From positions 1-64,000 of IMG/VR virus record IMGVR_UViG_3300036860_000542: a DNA stretch of 64,000 bases; one strand, given 5' to 3'. The translations under genes and the position numbers were made by a program. Below are positions 29,655 through 38,888 of the stretch, piece by piece (position 1 is the stretch's first letter; every line of letters begins with the position of its first letter). The notes beneath the pieces were generated by a model, which was not told the DNA's origin, searched no databases, and saw nothing but the letters and a program-made list of their open reading frames with translations. This DNA is from a virus.

Positions 29655-30622
29655 AGCGTGCGCTGATTACCGGAGCCGCGGGCCAAGACGGCTACTGGCT
29701 CGCCAAGTTGCTCCTCGAGAAGGAGTACGATGTCCACGGCATCGTGCGGCGGTCCAGCAACCCAGTGGTCGCTCGCGTCGCCACCATGCCCATCACCCTG
29801 CACGTTGCCGACATGACCGATCAGCACTCGCTCGACATGGTGATCTCGCAGGTCGATCCGCAGGAGGTCTACAATCTGGCAGCACAGTCGCACGTGGGTC
29901 TGTCGTTCGAGATCCCCGAGTACACAGCCGACGTCACTGGCCTGGGAGCGTTGCGCTTGCTCATGGCCTGCAGGAAGCACGCGCCGCAGGCCCGCTTCTA
30001 CCAGGCCAGCACGTCCGAGCTCTTCGGATCGGCCCCCGGACCGCAGAACGAGGCCACGCCCTTCCACCCTCGCAGCCCCTATGGCGTTGCCAAAGCGTTC
30101 GCCTACTACTCCGTGCAGAACTACCGTGAGGCATACGGGATGTTCGCCGTGAACGGCATCCTCTTCAACCACGAGAGCGAGCACCGCGGGACGGAATTTG
30201 TGAGTCGCAAGATCACCATGGCCGCCGCTCGTATCAAGGCTGGGTCCCACACCAAACTGCGTCTCGGCAACCTGGACGCGATGCGCGACTGGGGACACGC
30301 CGAGGACTACGTCCGCGCCATGTGGATGATGCTGCAGCAGGACAAGCCTCAGGACTACGTGATCGGCACGGGTGTATCCCATACGGTGCGCGACTTCCTC
30401 GATGCCGCCTTCGGGGAGCTCAGGTTGCCGTGGGAGGGCTACGTGGAGATCGTGCCTGAGCTCTACCGACCGGCGGAGGTCAACATGCTCTGCGCCGACT
30501 GGAGCAGGGCCCGCCTCGAGCTAGGCTGGGAACCGCAGATCAGCTTCAGGGAGCTCGTCAAGCGGATGATCAGCCACGACGTGCGATTGGTACTGGACTC
30601 TCGCCGCGCCGTGAGGCCCTGA
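29651..30622 (+). CDS. gmd: GDP-mannose 4,6-dehydratase
   Basis: ALITG..GQDG, NLAAQSHV, QASTSELFG, PRSPYGVAK, LFNHES, RDWGHA, RPAEV. Confidence 0.95.
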   Translation: MKRALITGAAGQDGYWLAKLLLEKEYDVHGIVRRSSNPVVARVATMPITLHVADMTDQHSLDMVISQVDPQEVYNLAAQSHVGLSFEIPEYTADVTGLGALRLLMACRKHAPQARFYQASTSELFGSAPGPQNEATPFHPRSPYGVAKAFAYYSVQNYREAYGMFAVNGILFNHESEHRGTEFVSRKITMAAARIKAGSHTKLRLGNLDAMRDWGHAEDYVRAMWMMLQQDKPQDYVIGTGVSHTVRDFLDAAFGELRLPWEGYVEIVPELYRPAEVNMLCADWSRARLELGWEPQISFRELVKRMISHDVRLVLDSRRAVRP

Positions 30623-31552
30623 TCTGCGCGAACCACCGCTGCAAGGCGGGGTGCGGCAGGCGGCAGCAGAACGCGCAGAGGTGCAGGTCTCCGTCCACGC
30701 TGATCCATCTGTCGGGGAGCGGCTCGGTGCCGTACTTCTTCACCGGTTTGGGCGGCGTCTCGATGCTGCACTTGTCGCAGGTGAAGTAGTAGGTCACTTG
30801 ATAGAACAACCGAGCCGTTCAGCCATCTTGATGGCGTCCTCGGTAGTGGCGAAGGAGCCGTACGACTTGTCGGTGTCCCAGCTCACGTAGCCGTGCAACG
30901 CAACACGGCCGTCGGCGTGGTCCACGTAGCAGTGCTCGACACGACCGGTGGCCATGGACGCCTTGTAGATCGCGTAGCCTCCATAGAACGTGAGTCCGCC
31001 AACGAGGACGACGATCACGAGTCCAAAGAAGGACGTGAGAGTGTCCTCGCTCCACAGCGACTTCCACGCCCGTGCGAATCTCTCCGGCCAGGTGACCACC
31101 GATTCGAGGAGCTTGGCGTTCTTCTGTCTGAGGACGGCGTTCTCCACTTCGAGCTCATCGGCGTACTGTCGCCAGAGATCTGCGTTGTCGCTATCACGAT
31201 AGGGCTTGCTCATGGTTTCCCCTTCTGAGCCACCGCAGGTGGCGGCTCTGTACATTGTCCTCGCGGAGTCGGCTTGCACTCGCACTCCGCGCCACCAAGA
31301 CCTCCGTGACACTTGCAGACGAACCCGTTCTCCCAACGGTGCTTCACCTGGATGGTGCAACCCGGACCGGCGTAGACGGCAGCCAAGATGAACACGATGT
31401 CCCAGAACCGACGACTCATATCGGACCTCCTGTGCAGAAGCAGTTACCGCGTAGCTTCCTGCACCGCTTGCAACGGTTCAGGAGGACGAACAAGAGCCCG
31501 CCTAGGTTGACGAGCAGCGTCCCGAAGATCATGGTGGCGAGGAGCGGCAGCA

Positions 31553-31864
31553 TCACACCCGTGGCGGCCAGGTCCAGTGCTTGTGCTTCGGGTCTGGTGC
31601 GCACGGAACGTCGGGCAGCACACGATCACCGTAGGCGAGAGCACCGTGCACGCCTGGATCGTAGATCGGGCGCAGGTAGACCGCGTAGCAGCGCTCGTCC
31701 AGCTTCGGGTTGTAGCTGTGGTGATGAACGACCCAGTCGGATGTGCGCTGCAACGCGGTTACCTTGTCTTGGTCGAAGACCGATCGGGTGATGATGCAGA
31801 CCATCGGCTCGTCGCAGCGCTCGTGCGGCCAGAAGAAGACGACGCGACCCGGTGTGGGTTTCAT
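31553..31864 (-). CDS. conserved phage hypothetical protein
   Basis: MKPT.GR.V.F ... W.WP.RV termini. Confidence 0.6.
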   Translation of the reverse strand: MKPTPGRVVFFWPHERCDEPMVCIITRSVFDQDKVTALQRTSDWVVHHHSYNPKLDERCYAVYLRPIYDPGVHGALAYGDRVLPDVPCAPDPKHKHWTWPPRV

Positions 31865-32217
31865 CAGCAGGCCTTTCCGCCGTGGCGGTACGGCCGCGTC
31901 ACGTTGAAGAGGTACTTCTCCTCGATCGCGGCGTCGAGGTCGATGCCGAGCGCACCAGCGAGGTCGTAAGCACGGATCACGACGTCGGCGAGCTCGGAGG
32001 GGAATCCCTCCACCTTGCCGTCCTCGCGACGACGCAACTTCATGTCGCCTTCGCGGTAGCACTCCAGCGCCTCGCTGATCTCGGAGTGCATGAGGCACAA
32101 CTTCTCTGGGATCACCTTCTCCGGCTCGGGCTGGTTGTCCCACCAACCCTTCTCCCTCGACAGCGCATGATGCTTGTTCATCGGATGCTTCATCGGCACA
32201 CCCCTTTGTTCGGCCAT
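31864..32217 (-). CDS. MazG-like nucleotide pyrophosphohydrolase
   Basis: LMHSEISEALE, ELADVVIR, K...N..RP.RHGGK. Confidence 0.8.
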   Translation of the reverse strand: MAEQRGVPMKHPMNKHHALSREKGWWDNQPEPEKVIPEKLCLMHSEISEALECYREGDMKLRRREDGKVEGFPSELADVVIRAYDLAGALGIDLDAAIEEKYLFNVTRPYRHGGKAC

Positions 32218-32325
32218 GAGGGGAGCATCGATTTCAGCAGCCAGTAGAGGATCTGGGAATCGGAGATGCGGACTACGGACAACGTCATCGAAGCCCCCTG
32301 ATGTACATAGACTACAAGAGGAGGC

Positions 32326-32511
32326 TCAACCTGTCCACGCCGAAGGCGCGTCACCCCCCTCGCAAAGCCACTGGTCGAGCTCCTGGAAGCCCTTGGCGAG
32401 CTGCACGCAGGTCTCCGCGTTGATCCGCTGGTCCTTGTCCGCCGCGTCGCTGATCTGCCGCGCCAGGTTGCGGAGGACGTTGAGTACCGCGTTCGGGTTA
32501 GTGATATCCAT
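32326..32511 (-). CDS. small hypothetical protein
   Basis: LD.WL..GG..P..W C-terminus; GAGG SD. Confidence 0.55.
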   Translation of the reverse strand: MDITNPNAVLNVLRNLARQISDAADKDQRINAETCVQLAKGFQELDQWLCEGGDAPSAWTG

Positions 32512-32522
32512 TACTTACCTCC

Positions 32523-32861
32523 TCACCCGATCCTGGGCACGGTCATCGGTCCGTTGGGGCCGACGATCCGCGGCGCTTCGCCGACCTTGAGCCGCTCCAC
32601 CCGCGCCACCTGGTCGGCTTCGAACATCACCTCGGCCATGACCGGCTCGCGGTTCGGCCCCTCGCCCTTGCTCAGCATGACGAAGATGCCATCGACGGGT
32701 CCCGCCCTGAGCAGGCCGGCCGCCGCCGAGCTCGCCATGGCGCCCTTCAGCGTGGGGATGAGCGACTGGGTCTTGAAGTGGACCTGGCACTCGACTCCGG
32801 GGATGCCGTTCGCCGCCATGCCCTCTTCGATCAGCTTCTCGAGCAATGCCTTCATGTACAT
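32523..32861 (-). CDS. hypothetical protein
   Basis: AAGGAG SD; biased codons. Confidence 0.6.
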   Translation of the reverse strand: MYMKALLEKLIEEGMAANGIPGVECQVHFKTQSLIPTLKGAMASSAAAGLLRAGPVDGIFVMLSKGEGPNREPVMAEVMFEADQVARVERLKVGEAPRIVGPNGPMTVPRIG

Positions 32862-32876
32862 GAACCGTTTCTCCTT

Positions 32877-33029
32877 TCACTTCTTGTTGAGGAGCTCCTG
32901 CGCCGCCTTGACGATGAGCTCGGTGACCGAACACTCGTCCTTCTTGGCGCGCTTGCTCAGCTTCTGCCAGAGCTCCTCGGGCAGAAGGAGGTGCGTGTTG
33001 TGGACGGTCGGATCCTTCTTCTTTGCCAT
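32877..33029 (-). CDS. ribbon-helix-helix (Arc/CopG-like) regulator
   Basis: 50 aa: THLLLPEELWQKL...AK....SVTELI..A..E.L; TGATG coupling to upstream gene. Confidence 0.75.
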   Translation of the reverse strand: MAKKKDPTVHNTHLLLPEELWQKLSKRAKKDECSVTELIVKAAQELLNKK

Positions 33030-34210
33030 CAGCATTCCTCCAGGAACTTCTTCCAGTGGGCGCCGACCGCTCGATAGGAGAATCGGGTCTCCATTCGGGT
33101 CCGATCCGCGGTGTCCCGCTTCAGTCGCCTGTTGTAGGCGTAGCGCATGAGGGCCTTGGCGTCGCTGATGTTCGGCTCCGCCCAGTTCTGGCTGCCATCG
33201 ATGCCCGTCGGCACCGCTCGCTTCATCGGCGTGAAGGTGAAGCCTCCGATGTTCACCTGCTTGCCCGCCTTCACCTCGGGGGTGATGGCAGGCGTGAGGA
33301 AGTAGTCGATCTCTTGCGCCTGCGAGTAGCCGCCTAGGAACTCCCACTGGCCGCCGAATCCCGTGGCGATCATCGGGTTGCCGACGATGGCGGCCTCGAA
33401 GGCTCCTAGGGCCCACGCTTCGCCTCGCGACAACGTGACGTAGCAGTGGGAGGTGTGGTGGAGCTCGCGAAGCTCGAGCTCATTGAGCCGACGGTCCTTC
33501 ATCGGGAAGTCGTGCTTCACGAACTCGACCTCTGGGAGATCGTCCAGGCCGGAGCACCGCAGGAGGTGCATGACGTCATCGTCGATGACGTCCTGAGCGA
33601 CGAAACGCAGCTTCACCTTGTCCTTCGACCCGCGGAACTCGGACAGGTACGCCTTGAGGAGGCCAATCGGGTTCTTCCGCTCGTTCCAGAGGTTGATGGT
33701 GTAGAAGATGTACGGTTCATCCGGCGGGACCGGCGGGTCCTCCACCCACCAGAACTTCGGCTCGAAGCCGTACGGGATGACCTTCAGCTTGTGGGTCTGG
33801 ATGCCGCTGCGGGCGAGCGCGGTGCTCGTGAAGTTCGACGGGCCGATGACGTAGTCGAAGTGCGCATCCAGCACCTTGCCGTCCGACTCGGGTAGACGGT
33901 CCGTCTCCCAAGTCGTGTAGCAGATCTTCTTCACGCTAGGACCAGGGTCCAGGTCCTTGTTGATGAACTCGTGCGCGAAGCGCGGGATCGTCATCACGAT
34001 GACGTGGGTCGGATCGTCGAAGGCCCGCACGCGCTCGAGGAGACACCCGTAGCGCGGATCGAGATCCTCGGTGTTGCAGTCGTGGAGTGGGGTGATCGAG
34101 AGGTTGACCCCCGCCTGGTAGAGAGCCATGGCAGTGTCATGCGCCGCCTGGGCGTAGCCGGAGTGGACCGCGAACGGACAGATGAACTCTACCTTGATGG
34201 GCTTGCCCAT
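33029..34210 (-). CDS. family 4-like (GT-B) glycosyltransferase
   Basis: SGY, YTTWET, ERKN..GL..A, SRGEAW.L...EA...G.P.IAT..GG. Confidence 0.85.
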   Translation of the reverse strand: MGKPIKVEFICPFAVHSGYAQAAHDTAMALYQAGVNLSITPLHDCNTEDLDPRYGCLLERVRAFDDPTHVIVMTIPRFAHEFINKDLDPGPSVKKICYTTWETDRLPESDGKVLDAHFDYVIGPSNFTSTALARSGIQTHKLKVIPYGFEPKFWWVEDPPVPPDEPYIFYTINLWNERKNPIGLLKAYLSEFRGSKDKVKLRFVAQDVIDDDVMHLLRCSGLDDLPEVEFVKHDFPMKDRRLNELELRELHHTSHCYVTLSRGEAWALGAFEAAIVGNPMIATGFGGQWEFLGGYSQAQEIDYFLTPAITPEVKAGKQVNIGGFTFTPMKRAVPTGIDGSQNWAEPNISDAKALMRYAYNRRLKRDTADRTRMETRFSYRAVGAHWKKFLEEC

Positions 34211-34980
34211 GAACGAATCCTCTCTCTCAGGATGGTGAGGTCCGGTTGTGGACCGTGGGGCATGTAGCGATCCTTGTCCGTCTGCAGGCGGTCGAGCAAC
34301 GACTCGTTCTTCAAGGTCGGCTCGTTGGTGAACAAGGGCTCCTGGCAACGATGTTCGACTACCCAGGTGTTCACGTCCTCCCAGAGCTTCCACTTGCGGT
34401 TCGCAAGACGGATGCCGATCTCAATGTCCTCCTTCGCACAGCCGCCGTACGCCTCGTCGAAGCCGTTGACGTCGAGCAGCGCCTCGAGCGGGTAGCCGAC
34501 AGCGCTACCTCGCAAGCTCGTTGGACCGATCTCGTAGTACGGCTCCGGGTGCCCCGGAACCGGGGGGAAGTCGAAGTTGCTCTGGTAGGCGTGCTTGAAG
34601 CGAACGATGCGGACCTCCTCCCACGCCTTGGTCACCCGCTTGAAGAAGTTCGGGTGAACCGCCGAGCAGTCGTCGAGGAAGAAGAGGTACTCGCCTCGGG
34701 CGTACGCGATGCCGGTGTTGCGAGCTCCGTTCTGATCAGGGAGTTGTTTCGTGTCCACCAACGGCCCGTGAAAGACGGATGGCTTCGGCGGCACGTGAAC
34801 AACCCAGTGCGGTAGGTTGAACCGCTGCGTCCGGCGCGGATCCCACCACAAGCCAGCATCGACCAAGATCCACTCGAAGTCGGGGGTGTGGCCGCACGCT
34901 TCGCGAGCCACAAGAATGGACCCGATCATCTCGCGGACCATGGGGTTCTTGCGCGCCGTGATCGTGACGAGGGAGATCAC
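34189..34980 (-). CDS. family 2 glycosyltransferase
   Basis: ARNTGIAYARGEYLFFLDD, VNGFDE.Y, EDIEIGIRL. Confidence 0.85.
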   Translation of the reverse strand: MISLVTITARKNPMVREMIGSILVAREACGHTPDFEWILVDAGLWWDPRRTQRFNLPHWVVHVPPKPSVFHGPLVDTKQLPDQNGARNTGIAYARGEYLFFLDDCSAVHPNFFKRVTKAWEEVRIVRFKHAYQSNFDFPPVPGHPEPYYEIGPTSLRGSAVGYPLEALLDVNGFDEAYGGCAKEDIEIGIRLANRKWKLWEDVNTWVVEHRCQEPLFTNEPTLKNESLLDRLQTDKDRYMPHGPQPDLTILRERIRSWASPSR

Positions 34981-35519
34981 GGAAGGAACCCGTCAACGGC
35001 CGCTGCGAAGACCTCCGGGCTCGTCTCGTAGTCCATCGAGTCCAACAGGAACGGTCGGCAGATCAGATCGTACTTGTCCAGCGCGGCCCACTCCTCTGAT
35101 ACGAGAGGCCTGGGCCAGTCTCCGATCATCGCGATGTTGGGAACACCAGCGGTCCACAGACGAGCGAAGTCGGTGACGGCGTTGGGCTCCTCCAAGTCGT
35201 CTGTGTTGGTGGGCAGACCGCGCTTCTTGTCGGTGGCCGCTTGCATTTGCTTCAGGCCCGTGAGGACGTTGGTAGCGGAGATGGGTTGCACCCCGAAGAC
35301 GACGTTGACGTAGGAAGAGCTCAATCTTCCGCAGAAGTATTTCCAGAACTCGTAGAGGGGGTTGTGGGCATCGAGTACGGCGAACGGGATCACCAACAGG
35401 AGAGGTTCGAGTCCAGCCTTCACCATAGCTCGAATGTACTCGATAGCCAGGTTCCGCCAGCGGAGATCGCCCTCGGGTATGAACATGCGGACGTTGGCTT
35501 CCCTCACCATGATGTACAA
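34977..35519 (-). CDS. hypothetical protein, possibly related to the GT-B N-terminal half
   Basis: Loose similarity to the N-terminus of 33029-34210; start uncertain. Confidence 0.45.
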   Translation of the reverse strand: MYIMVREANVRMFIPEGDLRWRNLAIEYIRAMVKAGLEPLLLVIPFAVLDAHNPLYEFWKYFCGRLSSSYVNVVFGVQPISATNVLTGLKQMQAATDKKRGLPTNTDDLEEPNAVTDFARLWTAGVPNIAMIGDWPRPLVSEEWAALDKYDLICRPFLLDSMDYETSPEVFAAAVDGFLP

Positions 35520-35547
35520 GGTGATGTACAGAGAGGCAGGACGTCAA
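35511..35547 (-). promoter_or_regulatory. promoter with tandem TGTACATC operator-like boxes
   Basis: Minus-strand TTGACG followed by two boxes (GATGTACA at 35511 and 35523 on +). Confidence 0.5.
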
Positions 35548-35556
35548 GTTGGAAGA

Positions 35557-35886
35557 TTATCGGGAACGCTTGCCGAGAAAGTAGCCAAGAGCGCCCACAG
35601 CCACCATGGCGATAACGTTCATGGGGTCTTCGAGGATTCCGTCGAGTCCCTTCAAGCCCTTCGGCAGCTTCGAGTCGGCGATCTTCTTGACGCACCGCTT
35701 GAGCTTCTTGGAGTAGATGAAACCGACCGGACACGGATCCTTCGGCGGATCAGGCTCCACCAGGAGGATGCGCTCCGCTCCCCACTGCGGTCCCCAGGTG
35801 GGGTACTGGATCGGGAAGGGGTACGGGTAGAATCCTCCGCCCCGCCGATGATGCCAACCAAGTCCGGTGCGTCCCATGTTCATCAT
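35557..35886 (-). CDS. putative virion membrane protein
   Basis: GLG motifs, C-terminal hydrophobic helix followed by GKRSR. Confidence 0.6.
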   Translation of the reverse strand: MMNMGRTGLGWHHRRGGGFYPYPFPIQYPTWGPQWGAERILLVEPDPPKDPCPVGFIYSKKLKRCVKKIADSKLPKGLKGLDGILEDPMNVIAMVAVGALGYFLGKRSR

Positions 35887-36185
35887 CCTTTCAGGAGACC
35901 GTACCCAACACCAGCAAGACCCACCAGACGCGCTGTCTTGCGCTCCATGCCGAGGAGACAGGCCACACCCATCGCGAGGAGCCCGAACTGCACAGCGGGC
36001 ACCACAGAGCCCCAGGCGCCCAATCCGTCGGCGTTGCCGACGTACTGGAGCTGGGTGACGCCGCCCGTGTGGAACTTCCCGCTCAGCGGCGCCGGTGCCT
36101 CGGGCTTGCAGCACGGCTTGCCGACGTAGCAGTTGTTGCAGCACTTCTTCTTGGCGCCCTTGTGCTTCATCTGCCACCTCCGCAC
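35883..36185 (-). CDS. putative virion membrane protein
   Basis: Cys-rich basic N-terminus, DGLGA, two hydrophobic helices. Confidence 0.55.
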   Translation of the reverse strand: MRRWQMKHKGAKKKCCNNCYVGKPCCKPEAPAPLSGKFHTGGVTQLQYVGNADGLGAWGSVVPAVQFGLLAMGVACLLGMERKTARLVGLAGVGYGLLKG

Positions 36186-36631
36186 TCACAGAAATACCGA
36201 GACTTTCCGCATACTTGGCAGCGACCGTTCTTGCGAGTCGCGAGCTCGAGAGTGCTTCCACACCGCTTGCAGTGTCCGATCTCGAAGCGCTCCTCGTCGT
36301 CCTCACGACGACCGCCTGGGTGCGTCTCGGTTCGGAAGAGGCTGGGATCCGACTTGAGTCGCTCGTGGTAGGCGACGGGACAACTCTCCTGGCTGAACTT
36401 GTGGGTGGCGCGCTTGCGGCGCACGTGGACGGTGGTGGCACCACCCTTCGGATCGGTGACGACCTCGAAGCCAGCCGGCCCTGCAGCCTTGGTGAGCTCC
36501 TTCAGGAGGGCGTAGGACGTGTTATCGTCGGCGTCGAACTGCATGGTCTCGACGCCCAGAGCTGTGAGTGTGTCGTAGACGAAGGCTTCAGCAGCGCTGC
36601 CTTCGGGAACGACCGCGTAGGCTCGAGTCAC
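36167..36631 (-). CDS. hypothetical protein with C-terminal Zn ribbon
   Basis: GTG start overlapping upstream stop; CKRC, CQVC. Confidence 0.5.
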   Translation of the reverse strand: MTRAYAVVPEGSAAEAFVYDTLTALGVETMQFDADDNTSYALLKELTKAAGPAGFEVVTDPKGGATTVHVRRKRATHKFSQESCPVAYHERLKSDPSLFRTETHPGGRREDDEERFEIGHCKRCGSTLELATRKNGRCQVCGKSRYFCECGGGR

Positions 36632-37056
36632 ACGTCCCTCGCGATGTTCTTCTCGATTGCGACTCGCCACCGGCAGAGACCAAGACCGAACTCCTGGCGC
36701 CTCCCTTCCGGTAGCTCCCAAGTGCATTCGAACGGCTCGACGGAGAGCTCGCCGGTTTCCGGCTTCCAATCCATGTCCTTGCGCTCCTGGCGCACGTAGA
36801 GGGCGTGCGGGGCACCGGGCATGGAGCACTTCGGGCAGATGAGGTGGAGGACGAAACGTCCATCCGTCAAGTAGAGGTCGGACTCGATCACCCGGTCACG
36901 CCAGCGGATGAGCGGGTGACCGATAGCCGACTTCGTCATGTCGATGGACGACTGGATACCGTGCTGTGCCGACTCCCCGGACGGATCGGGGACGTCACCA
37001 GCAATGTGGTAGAGGGATTCGCGTTGAGGGTCGAAGGCAGTGCTCATGGTGTACAT
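36628..37056 (-). CDS. hypothetical Zn-binding protein
   Basis: CPKC...LSVEPF.C...C.W. Confidence 0.55.
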   Translation of the reverse strand: MYTMSTAFDPQRESLYHIAGDVPDPSGESAQHGIQSSIDMTKSAIGHPLIRWRDRVIESDLYLTDGRFVLHLICPKCSMPGAPHALYVRQERKDMDWKPETGELSVEPFECTWELPEGRRQEFGLGLCRWRVAIEKNIARDV

Positions 37057-37067
37057 CCTACCAGGAG

Positions 37068-37364
37068 CTACTTCCTCTTGCCACCACGCCTCTTCAGGAG
37101 GTAGATCCCACCGATCACTGCCACTCCGCCCAAGATCCATGGCAGGTAGCTGGGGGACTCCTGGATCGTGACCGGCGCCGCAGCCTGCCCCTTCCCGAAG
37201 ACGGAAGCGATCGCGTCGAAGCCGGACTTGATGGTCCCGCCCCAGTCTGTCTTCGCGGTGGTCGCAGCGGCCGGCTTCGGGGTCACGCTGCCAAGAATCC
37301 CACCGGTGATGCTTCCAGTGAGGGCCGGCGTCGCACCCATCCCGGTCTTGATGTACTGGCTCAT
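37068..37364 (-). CDS. tail-anchored membrane protein, MSQY paralog 3
   Basis: MSQYIKTGMGA; WILGGVAVIGGIYLLKRR. Confidence 0.75.
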   Translation of the reverse strand: MSQYIKTGMGATPALTGSITGGILGSVTPKPAAATTAKTDWGGTIKSGFDAIASVFGKGQAAAPVTIQESPSYLPWILGGVAVIGGIYLLKRRGGKRK

Positions 37365-37606
37365 TTCTTTCCTCCAGCCGCCTTGCGGCGACGCTTCAAG
37401 AAGTAGGCGCCGCCGACGAGCGCGACGGCACCAAGCAGGTACCACTTGTACGTGTCCAAGAAACCGCCCGAAGGCGCGGCGGCGGCAGCGGCAGCGCGTT
37501 CGGCAGCTCGCTTGGCGGACACGCAGCGTTCCACGCCACCGGACCTACGATGAAGTTGTCCAGGACCGCAGGTCAAACCGAGACCGATGGGAACGTACTG
37601 GCTCAT
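37361..37606 (-). CDS. tail-anchored membrane protein, MSQY paralog 2
   Basis: MSQYVPIGLGL; YKWYLLGAVALVGGAYFLKRR. Confidence 0.75.
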   Translation of the reverse strand: MSQYVPIGLGLTCGPGQLHRRSGGVERCVSAKRAAERAAAAAAAPSGGFLDTYKWYLLGAVALVGGAYFLKRRRKAAGGKK

Positions 37607-37845
37607 CGCTTTCTGCCCTTCTTGCGTCCTCGGCGCTTGAGATAGATGACTCCGCCTGCAAGCGCCATGGTACCCAGCAGGTACCACTTGTACTTGGAGA
37701 CGAAGCCTTCCTGCACCGGAGTGACCGTGGTTCCTGTTGGTCCTGTGCTCACCTTGACGCCGGCTTTGGCCAGCTGGGTGCTCAAGGTGGGAATCATCCT
37801 CGAGAAGACGCCAGGAACCGCACCAACTGCGATGTACTGGCTCAT
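37603..37845 (-). CDS. tail-anchored membrane protein, MSQY paralog 1
   Basis: MSQYIAVGA; YKWYLLGTMALAGGVIYLKRR. Confidence 0.75.
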   Translation of the reverse strand: MSQYIAVGAVPGVFSRMIPTLSTQLAKAGVKVSTGPTGTTVTPVQEGFVSKYKWYLLGTMALAGGVIYLKRRGRKKGRKR

Positions 37846-38888
37846 GACCGCCTCCGTAGGAAGAGGAAGTAGATGGCCGCCGCGCCACCGGCGTAGAGGG
37901 CCCACTTCGGCACCTTGCTCAGCATGCCGGCCGCTGCGGCTGCAGGGAGTTCAGGAGCGGCCGGGGCCGGCCCGGCATCCTCTTCGCCTTCCTCTGGGGG
38001 AGCATCAGGGCTCCACGGGCCGCTGGGACCACCGCCTCCACCACCCCCGCCACCGGCGTAGGCTTCCGGCGGAAGAGGCATGGATGGACCCGGTACGATC
38101 GGCGTGAGACTCGAGACCGGTCCTGGAGGCGACTGCACGAGCGGTTGCGCCGTCGTGGCGGATGCGAACGACTTGGTGGAGAGCGTCGCGAGCGTCGGCT
38201 TGACCAACGACCCGGTCTTGGGCAAGGAAATCGTCCGCGACGGAGCGGCCAGCTTCTCGGTGATCTGCTTGAACCAACCCTTGTGAAGGCCGCGATTGCC
38301 CGGCGCCGTCTTGGTGCCGAGTACGCGCTTCACCTTCTTCTTGGCAGCAGCACGCTGCGCAGCAGTGGGTACGAGCGGCATGGCTTTCTTGACCTCCGTC
38401 TGTTTCACAACCGCGGGCGCCGGGGCCTTCACCGGAAGGAGTACCGGGGCCGTCACAGCGGCCACGGGAAAAGTGGGGACGGTGGCCTTCGTCACAGGTG
38501 TGAGCGAAGAGACCGGCCCCGCCGGCATGGGAGCGATCAAACTTGGAGCCGCAACTCGCGTCGGCGCTGGGGCTGGCGTCGTCGAGATCGGAGCGAGTGC
38601 AGAGACGAGGCTTGGCAGAGGTGTCGCCACCGATCGGATCGGAGCGGCTGATACGACGAGCGGCTTCACCGACACCGGTGGGATGACCATCGGCTTCGCG
38701 GCCGTGGCACGAGCCACAGCAGACACTGGGGCGGCCTTGGAGACCGCAATCGGAGCCGCCTTGGGCACAGGCTTCGGGGCGGGCTTGGGCGCAGGTCTCG
38801 CCACCGCCACCACCTTCTTGACGGCGGCCACGATCGGCTTGGGGGCCGTCACCGACAGGGTGAGGCCAAGGCTGCGTCTGTACGACAT
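37842..38888 (-). CDS. Ala/Pro/Lys/Thr-rich low-complexity protein with C-terminal membrane anchor
   Basis: MSYRRSLGL start; PKPA repeats; poly-Gly linker; KWALYAGGAAAIYFLFLRRRS. Confidence 0.7.
   Translation of the reverse strand: MSYRRSLGLTLSVTAPKPIVAAVKKVVAVARPAPKPAPKPVPKAAPIAVSKAAPVSAVARATAAKPMVIPPVSVKPLVVSAAPIRSVATPLPSLVSALAPISTTPAPAPTRVAAPSLIAPMPAGPVSSLTPVTKATVPTFPVAAVTAPVLLPVKAPAPAVVKQTEVKKAMPLVPTAAQRAAAKKKVKRVLGTKTAPGNRGLHKGWFKQITEKLAAPSRTISLPKTGSLVKPTLATLSTKSFASATTAQPLVQSPPGPVSSLTPIVPGPSMPLPPEAYAGGGGGGGGGPSGPWSPDAPPEEGEEDAGPAPAAPELPAAAAAGMLSKVPKWALYAGGAAAIYFLFLRRRS

Noticed and set aside
19732-35519. Host LPS/capsule locus marking a prophage boundary
   Set aside because: Sugar genes are interleaved with phage-type small ORFs, export and polymerase genes are missing, and phage modules lie on both sides
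37068-37845. Diversity-generating retroelement behind the paralogous cassette
   Set aside because: No reverse transcriptase and no TR/VR pair differing only at adenines
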